A stretch of 64,000 nt of DNA from Schizochytrium sp. TIO01 (GCA_004764695.1 SMSO01000037.1:2022747-2086746), one strand, 5' to 3'; counted from the stretch's first letter, positions 10,037 through 25,172 are shown. Numbers and translations are program-made. The notes: generated by a model not told the origin, from the sequence alone.

Positions 10037-10804
10037 TTGAATTGAGTTGAATTGAGTTGAGTTGAGTTGAATTGAATTGAATTGAGTTGATTTGAATTGA
10101 GTTGAATTGAATTGAGTTGAATTGAGTTGAATTGAGTTGAATTGAGTTGAATTGAGTTGAATTGAGTTGAATTGAGTTGAATTGAGTTGAATTGAGTTGA
10201 ATTGAGTTGAATTGAGTTGAATTGAGTTGAATTGAGTTGAATTAAATTGAGTTGAGTTGAGTTGAGTTGAGTTGAGTTGAGTTGAATTGAATTGAATTGA
10301 GTTGAATTGAGTTGAATTGAGTTGAATTGAGTTGAATTGAGTTGAATTGAGTTGAATTGAGTTGAGTTGAGTTGAATTGAGTTGAATTGAGTTGAATTAA
10401 ATTGAGTTGAGTTGAGTTGAGTTGAGTTGAGTTGAGTTGAGTTGAGTTGAGTTGAATTGAATTGAATTGAGTTGAATTGAATTGAATTGAGTTGAATTGA
10501 GTTGAATTGAGTTGAATTGAGTTGAATTGAGTTGAGTTGAGTTGAATTAAATTGAGTTGAGTTGAGTTGAGTTGAGTTGAGTTGAGTTGAGTTGAGTTGA
10601 GTTGAGTTGAATTGAATTGAATTGAGTTGAATTGAATTGAATTGAGTTGAATTGAATTGAATTGAGTTGAATTGAGTTGAATTGAGTTGAGTTGAGTTGA
10701 ATTAAATTGAGTTGAGTTGAGTTGAGTTGAGTTGAGTTGAGTTGAGTTGAGTTGAGTTGAGTTGAGTTGAGTTGAGTTGAGTTGAGTTGAATTGAATTGA
10801 ATTG
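10037..10804. repeat. ~770-bp pentanucleotide array of interspersed GAATT and GAGTT units
   Basis: Directly visible; produces the spurious (NSTQL)n ORFs. Confidence 0.98.
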
Positions 10805-12301
10805 CATTAAAACGCGCTTGTTTCTTCTCCTGCTTCGCTCCGTTGCGTGAAAGAGGACCCTTTGAGCGTGCCTCTCCCAATGAAGAATCTATGTCTTGCT
10901 TGGTCTCCAATGCCTCTCGCAACAGCGCCCTAGAACTCGACTAGCGGCTCGTCTACTCCCTGCAAGTGCTGTAAGCTTGTCTCAAAGGCCTCTCTAGGCT
11001 CAGGGAAGCACAGAGCGCTCCTGATCCTGATACGAGGAGGCCGCATTTTTTGTTATTCTTTCCGTGCCTCCTCGGCTCTAGGCTTTTGGCGTACATCCTG
11101 GGCCCTGCGATGCCTCCGTGGGCCTCTCACTCTTCTTTTGCTCCTTCTTCTTCTTCGCCAGCGCCGCCGCCACGGAGAGCAGCTCGAGCGCCATCTGGCG
11201 CGAAAGTTTCGGCTGCTCTGGCAACTTTGGTACCTTTCAGAATCCGCCTTTTGTTTATTATTATTATTATTATTATTATTTAAAATGAAAGATGATGGTC
11301 AAAATCAAACTATTTTTACTTCTTTTGATTAAAGAAATAGAAGTAAAAAAAGTGACATGGAAACAACACTTTATATTAAAAAGCAATTTGATTTTAGTAA
11401 CAATAATGATAATAATAATAATAATTATTATTATTATACAGTAAAAAGTACCGAACCCTACTTTGAAAGACGGCTAGTCTAGTACGGATGAGCTATTGTG
11501 CGGGTGAACGCTGGCCGTCGCTACTTAGGGAGCTGCGGCGCGTTATACAGATTCTCTCTGCCGTGCAAGCCTTGGAAAGGGTACAACGCCACCTAAGAAC
11601 CGCTTGAGGCACCGAGCCAGAGAAGGCATCATTGTTCTATTCGGTTCTCAGCCAAGAAACCTTTGTTAGAGCAACAGTTAATTAATTGGTGGGCACCAGC
11701 TACATCTATTTAGCTAGTATGCTAATTATCACTTCCTTTGGGCCCACAGTCACTCTTCAAGCTATATAACTTTAAAAGGAAAAAGTAGACAGGTTTACTT
11801 GTACTTTCTTTTTAATTTAAAGAGAAGAAACTAACTTATGGCAATTTTTCAAATTAAACAAAAATGTTTTTAAAAATAAGAATAAGAATAAGAATAAAAT
11901 AAATAAAAACACAATAAAAATAGCAGAGAAGAGAGGAAAGGCAGATAATAAACGAGTTGAGACCTTGGGAAGTGATCGACGTAGCTAGCAAGCTAGCTCC
12001 TCGAGCTTCACACCCGGACCAGCCTCCGCGCCTCCTCGCCCTCTGTGCGCCTTCTCTCACCTCTCAGCGGCGCCTCAGAGGGAGGGCTCTCTGTATTCGC
12101 AGCTTCGCCAGCGAGCGGTATTCTCCCGCGCCCTCTTCCACGTGGGGAGGGCTGTCCGAGTTGGCAACAATTGTGAGGGAAACTCACTCGCAGAGGACCC
12201 TTTCCCCTCTCTTCACTACAAAGTAAGTGAGCACAAAATCAACTTCTAACCACCATATATATGGAGATATAGATAGATAGATAAACATGTAACGGCGCTT
12301 T

Positions 12302-12336
<35 letters not shown>

Positions 12337-14422
12337 GTGTCTGTGTTATATGCATTCTTGCCAACATTCTCGTTTGTTATTAATTATTACCGCTGTCGTT
12401 TGCTCATAGAAAGAAAGTGAATACGAAGGCAGGAGATGAAGTACATACAATTTGTGGGAGACAAAGTTATGCAAAAGGAGAGAGCGCACAGCTAGCTCCG
12501 TCGATGCGATGCGGCACGAGAGAAGAAAGAGAAAGGGAGGCTGCTGCGTAGGCGGAGGAGGCCTTTCCAGCTGAGCTCCTCGCTGCTTACTGCACAAATC
12601 CCAAGCAGCACAAGGCGCTCCCGCGTCGGCATAATTAATGTGAAAAAACAAGTTTTTTTTTTGTTTTTTTTTTTCAAGTTTTCCCCGCCGCTCTTTCGAC
12701 CATTCACTGCTTTTGGCGACGCCTCTCTCCATCCATCCATCCGTCCATCCATCCGTCCATCCGTCCGTCCAGCAGCGATGGCGATTGATTCGCCTGCTGC
12801 TTCATCGCGTGTCTGTCCTCCCTCCTTCTCTCGCCAAGCCTCTGCCGCGGCACAGGACCGTGTCTTCTGCCTGTCTTTGTACTTTGTATTTTGTATTCCT
12901 TCCCTCAGGCAGAGAGCGGCGAGAGCGGCGGCTTCAGAGGAGCCGGGTCTGCTGCCCAGACTCCTAGCGAAAGCATAGCCGAGGCCTAGCGAGCGCCGCC
13001 GCTTCTGGGCACAAAGACTCCTTTGGTCCCTCTGCTGCATTGGCTTTGGACCCCACAAAGCAGCGCCAGAGAGGGCGGCGAGTTTCTACGAAGGCTCGCG
13101 AACGACGGAGAGAAGAGAGCTTTCTCTCTCGAGGTAGAGCTAGCTACTACTGCGAAGACCGGCAGGGAGGCAGAGAGATAGATTGGTTGACCTGCGACAG
13201 CAACACAAAGAGCTCGAGTGATGATGGCTGGTTTCTTTGCCGTGAGATAGAGAGCGGCAGTTCTTGTTTGCCTGTCTATGCGTATAATGGCTGTCTATGC
13301 GTATAACAGCTCGCAGCGATCAACCAATGCTGCGCTTGAGTGGCTGTCGCTTCGCTCGCTTCTGAATGGATGAATGAACTCAACGAACGAACGAATGAAC
13401 TCAACGAATGCAAGGCTACGTAATATCAAGAATGAATGAGTATATAATGTCGAGGATGAAAACATGGATGTTAAGAATGAACGTACCTAGATACAGAGAA
13501 TGAGTGAGCGAATGTGAAGAGTATAACGCATCGATGAGGTTGGCCAAGCAGGCAAGCAGGCAGGCAGGCAGGCAAGCAGAGACGTGGGGAAAACGCGGTT
13601 TTTGCTACGAGGGCGAAAATAAGATGCGTCCGGAAGACGAGATATCCAGACTCAGCAACAGCTCCTGCGGCGGAGCAGGGCCTCCGCCACCTCGACTAAT
13701 ACGCACAAGCCCCGAGTTCTGTCTATTCGCGCCGCCGAGTCCGCAACGGCCGCGACCCGTACCGTTTATGGTAGGCTGTGGTTAGGACTCCCCCGAGGAG
13801 GAGAAAGAAGCAGGCTCCGCTGGAGCAAGCGCAGAGGGAAAACCCTCCTTCGAGTCGGCCAGAATCCCGTTCACCTTTTCTTGTTTTCCCAGTTACTGTG
13901 TGGGCTCAGTCTGAGAGGTTCAAGAGCTTCGCTGGGCGTTGCGACCCCCACGCCAGAGCCTACTGCGGGAGTTTTTACGCCATTTATGAGTTTAAAACAC
14001 CGATCAAGCAACAATCGGCAAAATGCGAGTCCTTAATTCCCGTGGCAGCGCCGCCTTGGAGTTGCTATTGCAGTCGGCGCCGAGTACTTACTGCTGGAAC
14101 ATTTTTTAGAAGAATACAAATCAAATAGTTAAAGAAGAAGAAGAAGAAGAAGAGAACTGCTTTGTTATATATTTACTTTACGTACATCCCCACCTTCAGG
14201 GAGGTAAACATGCACGCTTTCTTACGACCAGCTAGGCAGTGATAGCTGCAAGTCGGGTAGTCCGGAGCGAGGAAGCAAGTTCCTAAGGAATCCTTGGAGA
14301 ATGGGTCTCCACCCCACTGTCTGTCTGCTTATTCTTTTCATCTTTATACAAAATTCTAGCAAGTCTTCCAGCGCTTAATGACAAACTCTCCTTCTGCAAT
14401 TCCCCAAAAAACAAACAGACAA

Positions 14423-14454
<32 letters not shown>

Positions 14455-16681
14455 GGCACTTCACCCCCCTCCTTTCGTATAGCGGAGAACTAGAGCAACA
14501 ACAGCTACCACCAATATTTTTACTCCTCCTCCTTCAACCTATAAAATTCTAGCACTCTTGGTGGGCGTTTCCCCACTTCTTTCCTTCCAGGTTGTGCGTC
14601 GGTTTTGCTTCCCTTTGCGTTGCATAGAAAAGAAAAGAAAAGAAAAGGAAGGAAAAGAAATATTTTAAAATACATAGATAGATATATTAAACGCGCTATT
14701 TCGTTCCGATTGTTTTCTGAGAGAAAAGAAAACAAAGGTCAAAAGCACAAAGTTTTCCATTTTACTGCAAAAAGGAAAAGCAAAACCCATAGAAAGAAGG
14801 AGGACGAGCAGAGCACTTTTTCTTTTCTTTTCATATTCTCTAATGCAACATTTGTTGCCTGGCTACTTTTTGAGAGAGAGGCCACAGTAACATTACTCAG
14901 CGAAGGTTGGGGAGGGGCCTCTGGCGCTCGAGGTTTACGGGATACGTATTATGTAAAGAACGAAGGCGAGACAAGACCGACTGTCTCTGCCTGTGTCTCC
15001 GTCTTTCAGAAGAGACAAGAAAGTCATCTCAGCTCGCAACTTTAAGTCTCTTCTATTGCTTGCTTGAGTGACGACAGAAAGATTGATTTTCAAGCCTGGA
15101 GTTTGCTTAGCTTGAGCTGTTTATGGTCAAGGCAGTGAGTTGCTTCACTTACTTATTTACTCACCTACTTACTCACTTACTTACTTACTTACTTACTTTG
15201 AGCTAGCGAAGCAGACTTTGCTTTCTTTGGTGTTGGGAGAAGCGCCTGAGCTGCTATCAACAAGAGACGCTCGAGCTGCATCGAAGTCTCTGCGCGATTG
15301 CATCGTCGAAGGCAGGCGTCGATCGACCTTGAAGCGAAACAGCAGCTCTGAAGACGGCAGGTAGCGAGCGGCAAACCTGCTTAGAGGCTGCTGCAAACGA
15401 AGCGCATCACATACACTGATTCCCTTTCCAACTGAAGCTTTTATTTATAAAATCATCGAAGAAGAAGGTGGGTTCTTAGGCACCTACCGACTCGCAGAGT
15501 GAAACAGCAGCAGCAGCAGCAGCAACAACAACAACAAGTGCAACCATAACAACAACGAGATCGATGCGATAATGCCTGGCGGCAGTCGGTTGTTGGAAAG
15601 AGAAAGCGCAGCCAACAGTCGATCGAAAAGAAATCCCGTTTGGAAAGGAAAGAGCGCAAAAATATTTGTTCTCCTCGTGTGCTCTCCTCTGCGCCTTCTT
15701 TCCCCCCACTGAAAACTCTGCCGCTGCGCGAAAGCGGGAAGGATCTGCTTACTCGCTTCCTTCCTCCCTTGCTCGAAGACGTCAGGCGCCGTCTTGATCA
15801 GCACCAGGTTCGCGTGGATGGATGGATATTCATTTTATTTTGATGCCATCTTCATCATTTTACCACTCAAGTTCTTCTTTTCTCTTTATGCATGCATACC
15901 ATTTTAGTTTCAATTTTTATTAGTTTAGCGAATGAGTTTTTGGATTTAAAAAAAAACTAAAAAAAACTCGTTTTTAGCAGTGTGTTAGTAGCAACTAGGC
16001 GCGTAAGTAGGTATCACGCCCCTCGGCAATTACTTTACTTGTTATATACAGACAGTACCAAAAAGGAATCTCTAGAGTTGGTCAGCGAAGGAAGCAAGAA
16101 AAAAAGGAAAAGAAAAAAAAGAGAAAAAAAAAATAAGAAAGAGAAGGGAAGAGGGAAAGACTCCCGGCTAGGAGCTGCTTAGGGGCTGGCTAGCTGGTCC
16201 TCGCATGCATGTTTGTTTTCACGATTTTCTTATTTTCTTGCAGCGGTGGGAATCGCGGCGAAGAGTGAATTAGAATGAATGCGTTCGACGTCTCATCGAT
16301 GGCGCGTTTGAGGCGCCGAGGAGATATGATTGCTACAGGAGTCTCGTCCGCTACGCTCTGTGCGTGCGTGCGTGCTTGCAGGGCTCCCGGCCTGAGCCAA
16401 GCAGAGATTCCTCGTGGAGGGAGGGGTTCACGATTGCGAAGCTAGCTAGCTAGCTAGAAAGCAGAGGGAGCGCAGGGAGAGGAGCGAGGTTCTTTGGCCG
16501 ACCTCCACAGCTTCAGCCGCGGCCTTCACAGCGAGGAGCCTCGCATGTGCTCTGTGAGCGGCAGATCGTCTGTGTTCAAAATGCCGATCTGGCGCAGAAA
16601 CCATCGCGGCGGTCGAAACAAACGGAGCGAACCGCGTTAGGGCGTGCTTTTTGGGGCTCGAAGAGTTCAAGAACCCATGCA

Positions 16682-16790
16682 TGAACGAATGAATGTGAGT
16701 GAATGCGAATGAATGTGAGTGAATGCGAATGAATGTGAGTGAATGTGAATGAATGTGAATGAATGTGAATGAATGCGAATGAATGAATGT
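16682..16790. repeat. (GAAT/GAATGT/GAATGC) compound repeat
   Basis: Directly visible; includes a duplicated 20-mer GAATGTGAGTGAATGCGAAT. Confidence 0.9.
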
Positions 16791-17478
16791 GAAGCTTTCT
16801 TTCGATCGATTCGCACCGACTTGGAGCACCGATCGACGTCAAACCTGCCGTCTTTGCTTGTCTTCAAGTTCTTCTGCCTGCTTCGCTTCGTGAGTCGTCG
16901 TGCCATCATCCATTCGCTTGATACTGACTGCCATGACTCTATTTCTACTTTCAAGTTATAAAATGCTAAAATTCTAAAACCAGGTCACCTTGCAAGTAAA
17001 AGCATGGCTAGCCTTATTTTAGAATCAATAGTCTTTTCTTCTTTCTTTCCTGTTCTTTGAAAATAAATAAATAAATAAATAAATAAATAGTTAATCAAAA
17101 ACATAAAATAAAAGCTGTCATCTTTAGTTTGATGCAGTATGTGAGGGAGACTTTCAGTTGAAAGAAAACACGAAAACAAGAAAAAAGGAAAAAGACCGAG
17201 TTCTGATTTCTTTAGCTTCGTGCACCCAAATCTCACAAATCCAGCACAGGAGAGATTGGCCGAACCAGTAGCTCGTTAGCTATCCCGGCTGCAGAATCTC
17301 TGTCTGTTGAGGCGCTCCTCTGTGCTCTTCCTGCTCCGCCCAGGGCTGCGACGACGACCTGCTTGCGCTGGCATCTCTGCCGCGACGCCTCTTCCGCCGT
17401 GCCTTGGTGCGTAGCTCGCCTCTCGATCGCCTCGATCGCTGGATTTGGATACAGCTCTGATTCGTGGGAATCTGTCTA

Positions 17479-17662
<184 letters not shown>

Positions 17663-18490
17663 GGTTCATTTTCATTCATACATTCATTTTAATCAATACA
17701 TTCATTTTCATCAATTGATTGATTGATTGATTGAGTTCATAAGGCGGTCTTGAGATAGCTGTGTCAGCTTACTCGAGATAGATGCCGCTGCTGGACGGAG
17801 CGCAGACATCAATGGATGGATAAATAAACAGATGGATGGGTGCCGCACGCAAATGCACTCGACGAAGGAATCGCGAATCGCGAATCGCGCGAGTTGAGAG
17901 TCTGATCCCGATTCTGTCTGAGATAGTAAGACAGCGGAGTATCAGTGCGCTGCAGAATGTATCGGCACGTAGTTAGCGGGAACAGCGACGGGCTTGTGGT
18001 ATAGATACTGCTAGCCGACTTCCTAACCGCGGCGTTGTTTTGAGGGGAGTCTGTGTACGAATGCTCCGGAGAGTCCTCTCAGTGGCGTCTTATTTTCTTT
18101 TACTGCAATTACTTTCTTTTATAACAAAAACTGTTAAGCTGGTTGAGTTTTATTCTCTAGAGTAGGAATCTCTATCTACCCACGCACCCTTCGTAACGCC
18201 TGTCGAACTAGCTAGGTAGCAAGGTATGTGTTGTTTCCGCCCTCACTCCTCAGAAGAGGGAAGAGGTGACGATATCCGGGCGAAAACGCAGACCGCAACT
18301 ATCCTTATCGAGCTGCTTCATAGATCCTCTCGAGACTGTTACCATTTCTTTCTTTCTTTCTTTCTTTCTTTCTTTCATGTTAAAATACAATTAAACAGAA
18401 ACTTTTAAAAGAAACTTTTAAAACTCAACGAAGAAACTCAATATGATAAAAACTAGCGGCTACGGATAGATAGATACATGAAGACTCCGA

Positions 18491-18665
18491 CCACCCACCC
18501 ACCCACCCACCACCCACCCACCCACCCACCAACCAACCAACAATTCATCGATCCAGGCACGCATCTCTCAGGCGCCCGGCGTCTATCAGAGCAGAGCAGA
18601 GCAGAGCAGAGCAGAGCAGAGGCAGTCAGTCAGTCAGTCAGTTTGTTAGTTAGTTAGTTTGTTTC
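18491..18665. repeat. SSR cluster: (CCAC)n>(CCAA)n, (AGAGC)n, (CAGT)n, (TAGT)n
   Basis: Directly visible. Confidence 0.9.
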
Positions 18666-20477
18666 CTTCGTGGCAGAGCGAACTTCTCGAGCAGCGAGCG
18701 ACCTGAGAATCCACCGGAGCGCGCCAGGGCCAGAGGGAAACGAAGAAAGAGAGGAGGTGCAACAAACAGAGGCTGTGGTGCCTCTCTACGAGGAACAGCG
18801 CCGCGGCCCGAGCGAACTTCCAACGGCGATTTACAGTCTTTATACAACGAAGTTTTCTATGAGGGACACCCCACACCCCATCTTTCACCCACGCTCTGGC
18901 TGGCTGTGGGTACCCCAGAGGATAGACGAGCCGTAGCAGCAGGAGTACGAGGAGGAGGGAGGGCGTGAGTGAGGGTAAAAGGAGGGATGATCAATTCTAA
19001 TAATGATATTAATATATAAATTAATTAATTAATTAATTAATTAATTAAAAAAATTAGCTGGTGCAGAGAGGGGAGCTAATTGGCAAATCAGGTTTTGTGT
19101 GGGGGCGAAAGGAAGGACCAGAGGAAAAAGGGCGCTTTAGGAAGTTGCGATAGCTCCGGCGGTTTGTGCTCGAAGGCGGTAATATGGAGTCGCGAGAGAA
19201 TCAACGCAGCTAAGCGGCCCGCAATTTCTTCTGCTAAGAGGGGCTATAGCTGTAGTACAGCATAAAGCCACCGTAGGCCGCCAAAGCTGAGGAGCCTGCG
19301 AAAGTCGCTAGCTAGCTAGCTGCCTGCCTATGCCTTCCTGCCTTCCTTCCTTCCTTCTCGCTCGCCCAGCGCCGCTGCAGCGCGTGGCCTCCTTCCTTCA
19401 CAGGCGGACCCTCGCTCTCGCGTCGGTTGATCCATCCAGCAGAGGCTTGTGCTCCTTTCTTCTCAATGACTTCATCATAGACCGACTGAAGAAGAAGCGA
19501 TGTCGTCGTTTGATCCTTCACCACCTCTTTGTAGTTTGATACTAGTTATACATGCCCCTTTCTGTAATTGTTTAAAAATAAGTTTTAAATAAATCAAAAT
19601 ACCAAGGTCTTCTTTCTTGTTCTTGTCTTCCTTGCTCTGCAGTTGCTCTTTCTCAGTGGCTCTTCAATTGATTGCTCTTTCCGCAAACAGTGTTTCGATA
19701 GAGCGAGCGATCGATCGATCAATCTGTTGATGCTTTAAAATAATAACAACACTTATACACCTATCTATCTATCTATGACATGGGTCCGCGCTCTGCGCTT
19801 CCATTGGAAAGCTCAAATGAATGAAATGAGACCATCGCATTCGTGGTACTAACGAGCCGCCAGACTGGAGCCTGGCGCTTGGGGAGGCGGGGAAGCGGGC
19901 GCATGGCGAGGCTTGCAGCGCCTGTGTCGGCAGCGGACTCAGCGCCAGCATTGTAGCAGGTTCACGAGAAAGCTGAAGGTAATATATAAGAGACTAACTC
20001 CGCTCGGGGTGGCCTTGGCCGCTTATACGGGTGGTTGTATAAAACATCCTCGCGGTTCTGTTCTCCTTCGCCGTGCTCATGTGAAGCAATCGTAAGTGAA
20101 TGGATATATGAATCATGGATGAATGAATTGCGAATGAATGAATCATGAATGAATAAATTGTGAATGAATGAAGTGCGAATGAATCGTGGACGAATGACTC
20201 ATGAATTAATGCAGGCCCTTCGCTCCTTCGCCCACTCGCGTGGTCGGTCTCTCTCTCTCTCTCTCTTTGCCAAGCAAGAGGCGCCGCACGAAGAAAGCAA
20301 AAAGAGAGAGAGAAATGCTGTTCGAGGAGGTCACTGCGGAGAGTCTTGTTTTCTCGGAGAGTCTTGTTTTCTTGTTTCTCAAGCAAGCACGAAGTGCGGT
20401 GGTGCCGAAGCGGCGAGTGAGCGGCATAAATAGAAGCCAATCTGGCAAGCTCAGGCCGACGCGGGAAAGAAAGATAA

Positions 20478-20513
<36 letters not shown>

Positions 20514-20997
20514 CGATCAAACGATCAAATCATTTTATGAATGAATGAATGAATGAATGAATGAATGTTTAATAAAGAAATCTCGCACTTTCTTTCTTGT
20601 TCCACTATCTAGCTAAGATGGGAATACGTGTGTGTCAGACAGATTCTGCGAAAAGTCGAAGACGTCTAAAATCGCTCGGTTGGCCTCATTTCCTTGGCCA
20701 ACGGAGGAGTGGGCACTCGAAAGGGCACTCGAACAGCCTCTCTGCGGCCCGCTCAGCCCTCCTTCCCTTGGCCGATCTGCTTCGCCTCTCCACTGCGGCA
20801 GCATCGAAGAAGAAGGCAGTAGCTAAATAAAGAAGAGGGCAAAAGAGAGCGAAGTACTCACTCATTCGCTCGCTCGCTTTGCTAATAGTTTTTATTTATT
20901 TCTAAATAATTAAATAATTAAATATATATAATTTATTATTATTATTATCATGATTAATATTTAGAGTTAACTAACTGACTGACTAAGTGCCTAAATA

Positions 20998-21041
<44 letters not shown>

Positions 21042-21043
21042 AT
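20998..21043. repeat. (AAAT)n microsatellite
   Basis: Directly visible. Confidence 0.95.
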
Positions 21044-24000
21044 ACCCACCAGCTACTTACTATATGGAGGATCCTGGAGAATGGAGCAATTCGAGACCAG
21101 GGCACTGATGATTGAGAGAACTATGGCGGTGGGCTTCCAGACTTTGTTGGCAGCAGCTCCAGAGAGAACACAAGGCAGCGCTGCCTCTGAGAAGGGCGCC
21201 TGCTCTGTCCAGTTGCAATCTCTGCCATAGGAAGTGTACCTGTGTGTCTGGGAGAGAAAGAGGACTCTCAGCTCAACGTTTCTGCGTTGTTCCTACTGGA
21301 GCCGAGTCAGTGTTTAATTTCTATGAAAAACAAACAAACAAAAACTTAAACAAGCACATACGAGAGTGAGTTGAAATCGTTGTTTCGCTTGCTTGCTTGT
21401 TTGTTTGTTTGTTTATTTGTTTGTTTGTCTGTCTGCTTTCTGTAATTTATAATGGAAGAAACAAAGAAATAGCCAAAAGTCTCTCTTCTGCCTCTGCCTT
21501 CTTCACCCAAGTGTGAGTGTGTCTAGTACAGACTCAGAGAGGGAAGGACAGTGCGAGTGCCGCGAACAGTGGGAAGGTGCTTACTTATATATAATCAATT
21601 GATTTGCTGCAAGCTCTCAATCAGTTATTCAATCAATCAATCAATCAATCAATCAGTCATTCTTCTCTTCTCTTGATTCAACTCAACCTACTACTCACAG
21701 GCAGGCTTTTGGTTTCTTTTTATTTGTTTTATTCTTTATTCCTTTAATAATTTCATTTTTTTTAAAACTAAAATAGAGTAGAAGAAACAGTTTGGAAAGG
21801 AGCAGGAAAAAAAGAAAGCTAAAGCTGCTTTGTGTTTAACCAGCAGCAAATAATTGTGTTAAATTGCCATTGTCCCGAGAGCTGGCGAGCTCAGGACGGA
21901 AGGCTCACTCACTCACTCTCTCACTCACTCACTGGCTGACTACGCTCTGAGCTAGCTTGGGAGCCCTCTGCGGAGAGGGAGAGAGAGCAGCAGCGTGGCG
22001 GGCGGCGGCTGAGGGGCGGCGTCTCAATTTGTGCGCGGCTTTGTAGTAGCTGGAGGTGTTCTACTTACTGCCCACCATTTGACGAAAGAGCAGTATTCGG
22101 CAAAATTCGCTTCTACTATAAATGGACGCCCTCTCTCCCCCTCTGTGCCTCTGCTATCTACACATGAATAAATACATATATGTATATGTATATATATGGC
22201 TAAGCCTTACTTTTTTGATGAAAAGGGGTTTAGAAAGGGCGACTGTGCAGGAGGACCACATAACCTGTCCCTCGAGACTCGCGCCAGCACACAGGATATC
22301 GCCGCTTGCTTACCTCAAGAGGACTCCTGCTCCTGTGAAGACTCACGAAGCCGTGCGGCCCACCGAGCGAGCGGCCAGCAGAGCACAGCGTCTTGCTTGC
22401 TTGCTTACTAGCTTTCCCTAGAAGCTGGTGCCCCCTCATAAGCTACTTTGCGAAGTATCGAGCGAATAAAGGTGTGTGCTCGAGTCAAAGGCCTTTACAA
22501 AAAAGGGGAAATGGCGCTTTCCATGGCTTGAAAGCCTCCTTGTTGAGGACTGACTGTCTGTCTTCGAGCTGCTGGACGCCGGCGTTTAGGTTCTTTCCTT
22601 TCGGACTCGCGGGGTTCTCTCTTTGTACTCCTTTCTTACAAAGCGACCAGCTTCGTTTGTAGGTTTACAAGCAGCGTCCAAACAAAAAACAGCCCCGGTA
22701 GATCGATCGCCATGTTTTCGTTGCCTTTGCTCTCCCCCCTCAAGAGAATAAACGAACGAAAAGAAAAGAAAAGAATTAATAGAAAAAGGTCAACAAGGCC
22801 CATTGCCAAAAAGAATCAGTGAGCGTCTACAGACAGACAGACAGATATTGGGAAACCCTTCTCCAGTGTGCAGAGCAGAGAGAAGCCTCTCTGACTGCTG
22901 GGGATTCCAGGGTGCCTGATTACGTGCTTGCATGCATTTTGCTTGCATGCATTTTGCTCGCTTGCTTGCTTGTTTTCGTTGAAAATAGATACGTACTAGA
23001 TAGATAGATAGATAGATAAGTAAATGAATGAATCAATGAATGAATGAATAGATACAGATGCTTCGATAGATAACTGCAGATAGGTAGATAGATATCTATC
23101 TACCTTGGTACTGATACCTACTCGCTTGAAACTGCCGAGCAGGGAAAACGAATCGATGAGGATGATGCATGTCTCCTCCTCCACTTCTTTCCCTGCAACA
23201 CAAAAGTTTCGCTGTTTTGCAAAGCACTCCCGTTCTTGTTTTCCCACGACGACGACGACGACGACGACGACCATGAACGAGACATAAAACAAAACAAACT
23301 GAAGGTTTGCTTCTGCAGACAGAGGGAGCGAATTTCTTTATTCATCCACTCAACGACAGGAGGCAGAGGGCCGGCGAGGGTCCTAGAGTAAACCCTAGGC
23401 CAGCGCCAACCCCGAGGACGTTGTGAAAGCTATGAAAAGTCAATGTTTCCTTCTATTTCTTTTCTTGTCTCCAAACTCTAAACCTACCCTAATAATGCAA
23501 GCAAGAAACAAGCAAGAATCAAGCACAAACGAGAGTAATGAATGAGTGAGTGAGTGAGTAAGTAGGGAAGTAAGAGCCTTTCAATGGTCTCTGCGCCTGT
23601 GGCGTTGGGAGCAGAAGAGGCGCGAACTATTTCATTTCACTGCCGCAGTCTCTCTCTCTCTCTCTCTCACACACACTCACTCAATCACTCATGCTCAATC
23701 AATGAATCAGTCAATAAGTTAGTTAGTTAATCACTCACTCACTCACTCACTCACTCAGTCGGTCAGTCAGTCAGTCAGTCTGCAAGTACGCGTCGGTACG
23801 TCGGCGCAGAGGGCTGAGGGAGAGCGTGGGCAATCACAGGCGCTTCCGAACGGAGCAGGAGACGGCAAATAGCGAGGAGCTTTGGGGCGAGCTTCGCCGA
23901 GACGGAAGCGGCAGCGAGCGCCGGCGCTTTGCAGTTGGCAAAGCCTGTGAGAGAAGGTTTCTTTTGGCGCTTTCTTTCTGTTTTGTTGTTGCTGTTTTAA

Positions 24001-25172
24001 TTTTTGTTTTGTTTTAGTTTCTTCTGTTTCTTCTTTTGTTTTCTTCTCCTTCTTCTCCTTCCTCGTGCGTTCGCGCGAGACGCCTTTTCGTTGAAAACTT
24101 TTGAGCTCGCACCTTCCGACAGCGCCCCTCACCCACAGCTAGGCAGAGTTTACTTTTTACCGGCCCCGATGAGAGGCGAATCGGCAAAATGATTCTTCCT
24201 TTTAGCCGGACTGTGGGGACGGTACGCCGACCACGAGCGATCAAGGCGAAACGCGAGCGAGTACTAGGCAACCCAGGAGATCCATTGAGCCATGGACTGC
24301 CCGAACCTCGGCCCCCAGCGCTTCAGCTGTGCCGCGAGCGAGCGACACCTTTTGAATGGACTAACTGCTGGAGCCTGAACGCCACTGCCGGCAGCTCTCA
24401 GCCCCTAGACACAAGCTACAAGGCAAGCAAACTCAAACCGAAGCGACTGTTTGCTTGCCTGCCTGCCTGCCTGCCTGACTGTCTGCACTTGTTTTTCCAG
24501 GGAAAGTTTTTCGTGTTTTAATTTAAAACATAAGGTAACAAATGCTGCTCATTAATAATTACTCATCCTTGAAAGGAAAAGATGGATGGCAATTTATTAT
24601 TCGTTTTTAATTTAAATACTTTTTAATGTTTTTGTTATGTAAAAGAGTTAGTTAATTATAAAAGGAAAAGAAGAAGGGGGGAAAAAGCAAAAAAAAAAAA
24701 AAAAAAAAAAAAAAGGAATAGCATGGCGATGTGCATGCTGCAATAGGGCGAAAAAATCCCCCTCCAAACCCTACTTGATCCCTAGAGTATACGCTATCGG
24801 CATGGCGCCCGCAATCTCAGCGCTCAAAAAGAAAGAATAAAAGAAGGAGAGGAAGGACGAAAGCCGAAAGAGAGAGACAAATAAACACAAAATGAATAAT
24901 ATACGTACTGCGCGGCTTTCGCACAGTCGCGCAATGCAATGCAATGGCAAACTTTGAGTGAAGCAGCAGCGCTGGCGAGCCTCGAAGAAGGAAATACAGC
25001 AACAATGAAGGAAGGCAAAAGACACAACTACACATGTACACAAGTACACAAGCACACAAGACAAGATCCAAGACAAGGAAAGCAAGTATCGAAAAGAAGA
25101 TGCAATTTGTTTACTTAAAAGTCCTCCTCCGCCTGCTGCCTGCTGCGCTGTCTACGTGTTGATGGATTGATC

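Noticed and set aside
10242-10922. 226-aa (NSTQL)n ORF and similar (QASK)n, (FVCL)n, (QTNK)n ORFs at 17280-17679 and 25115-25532
   Set aside because: Translations of stop-free microsatellites; no unique coding context.
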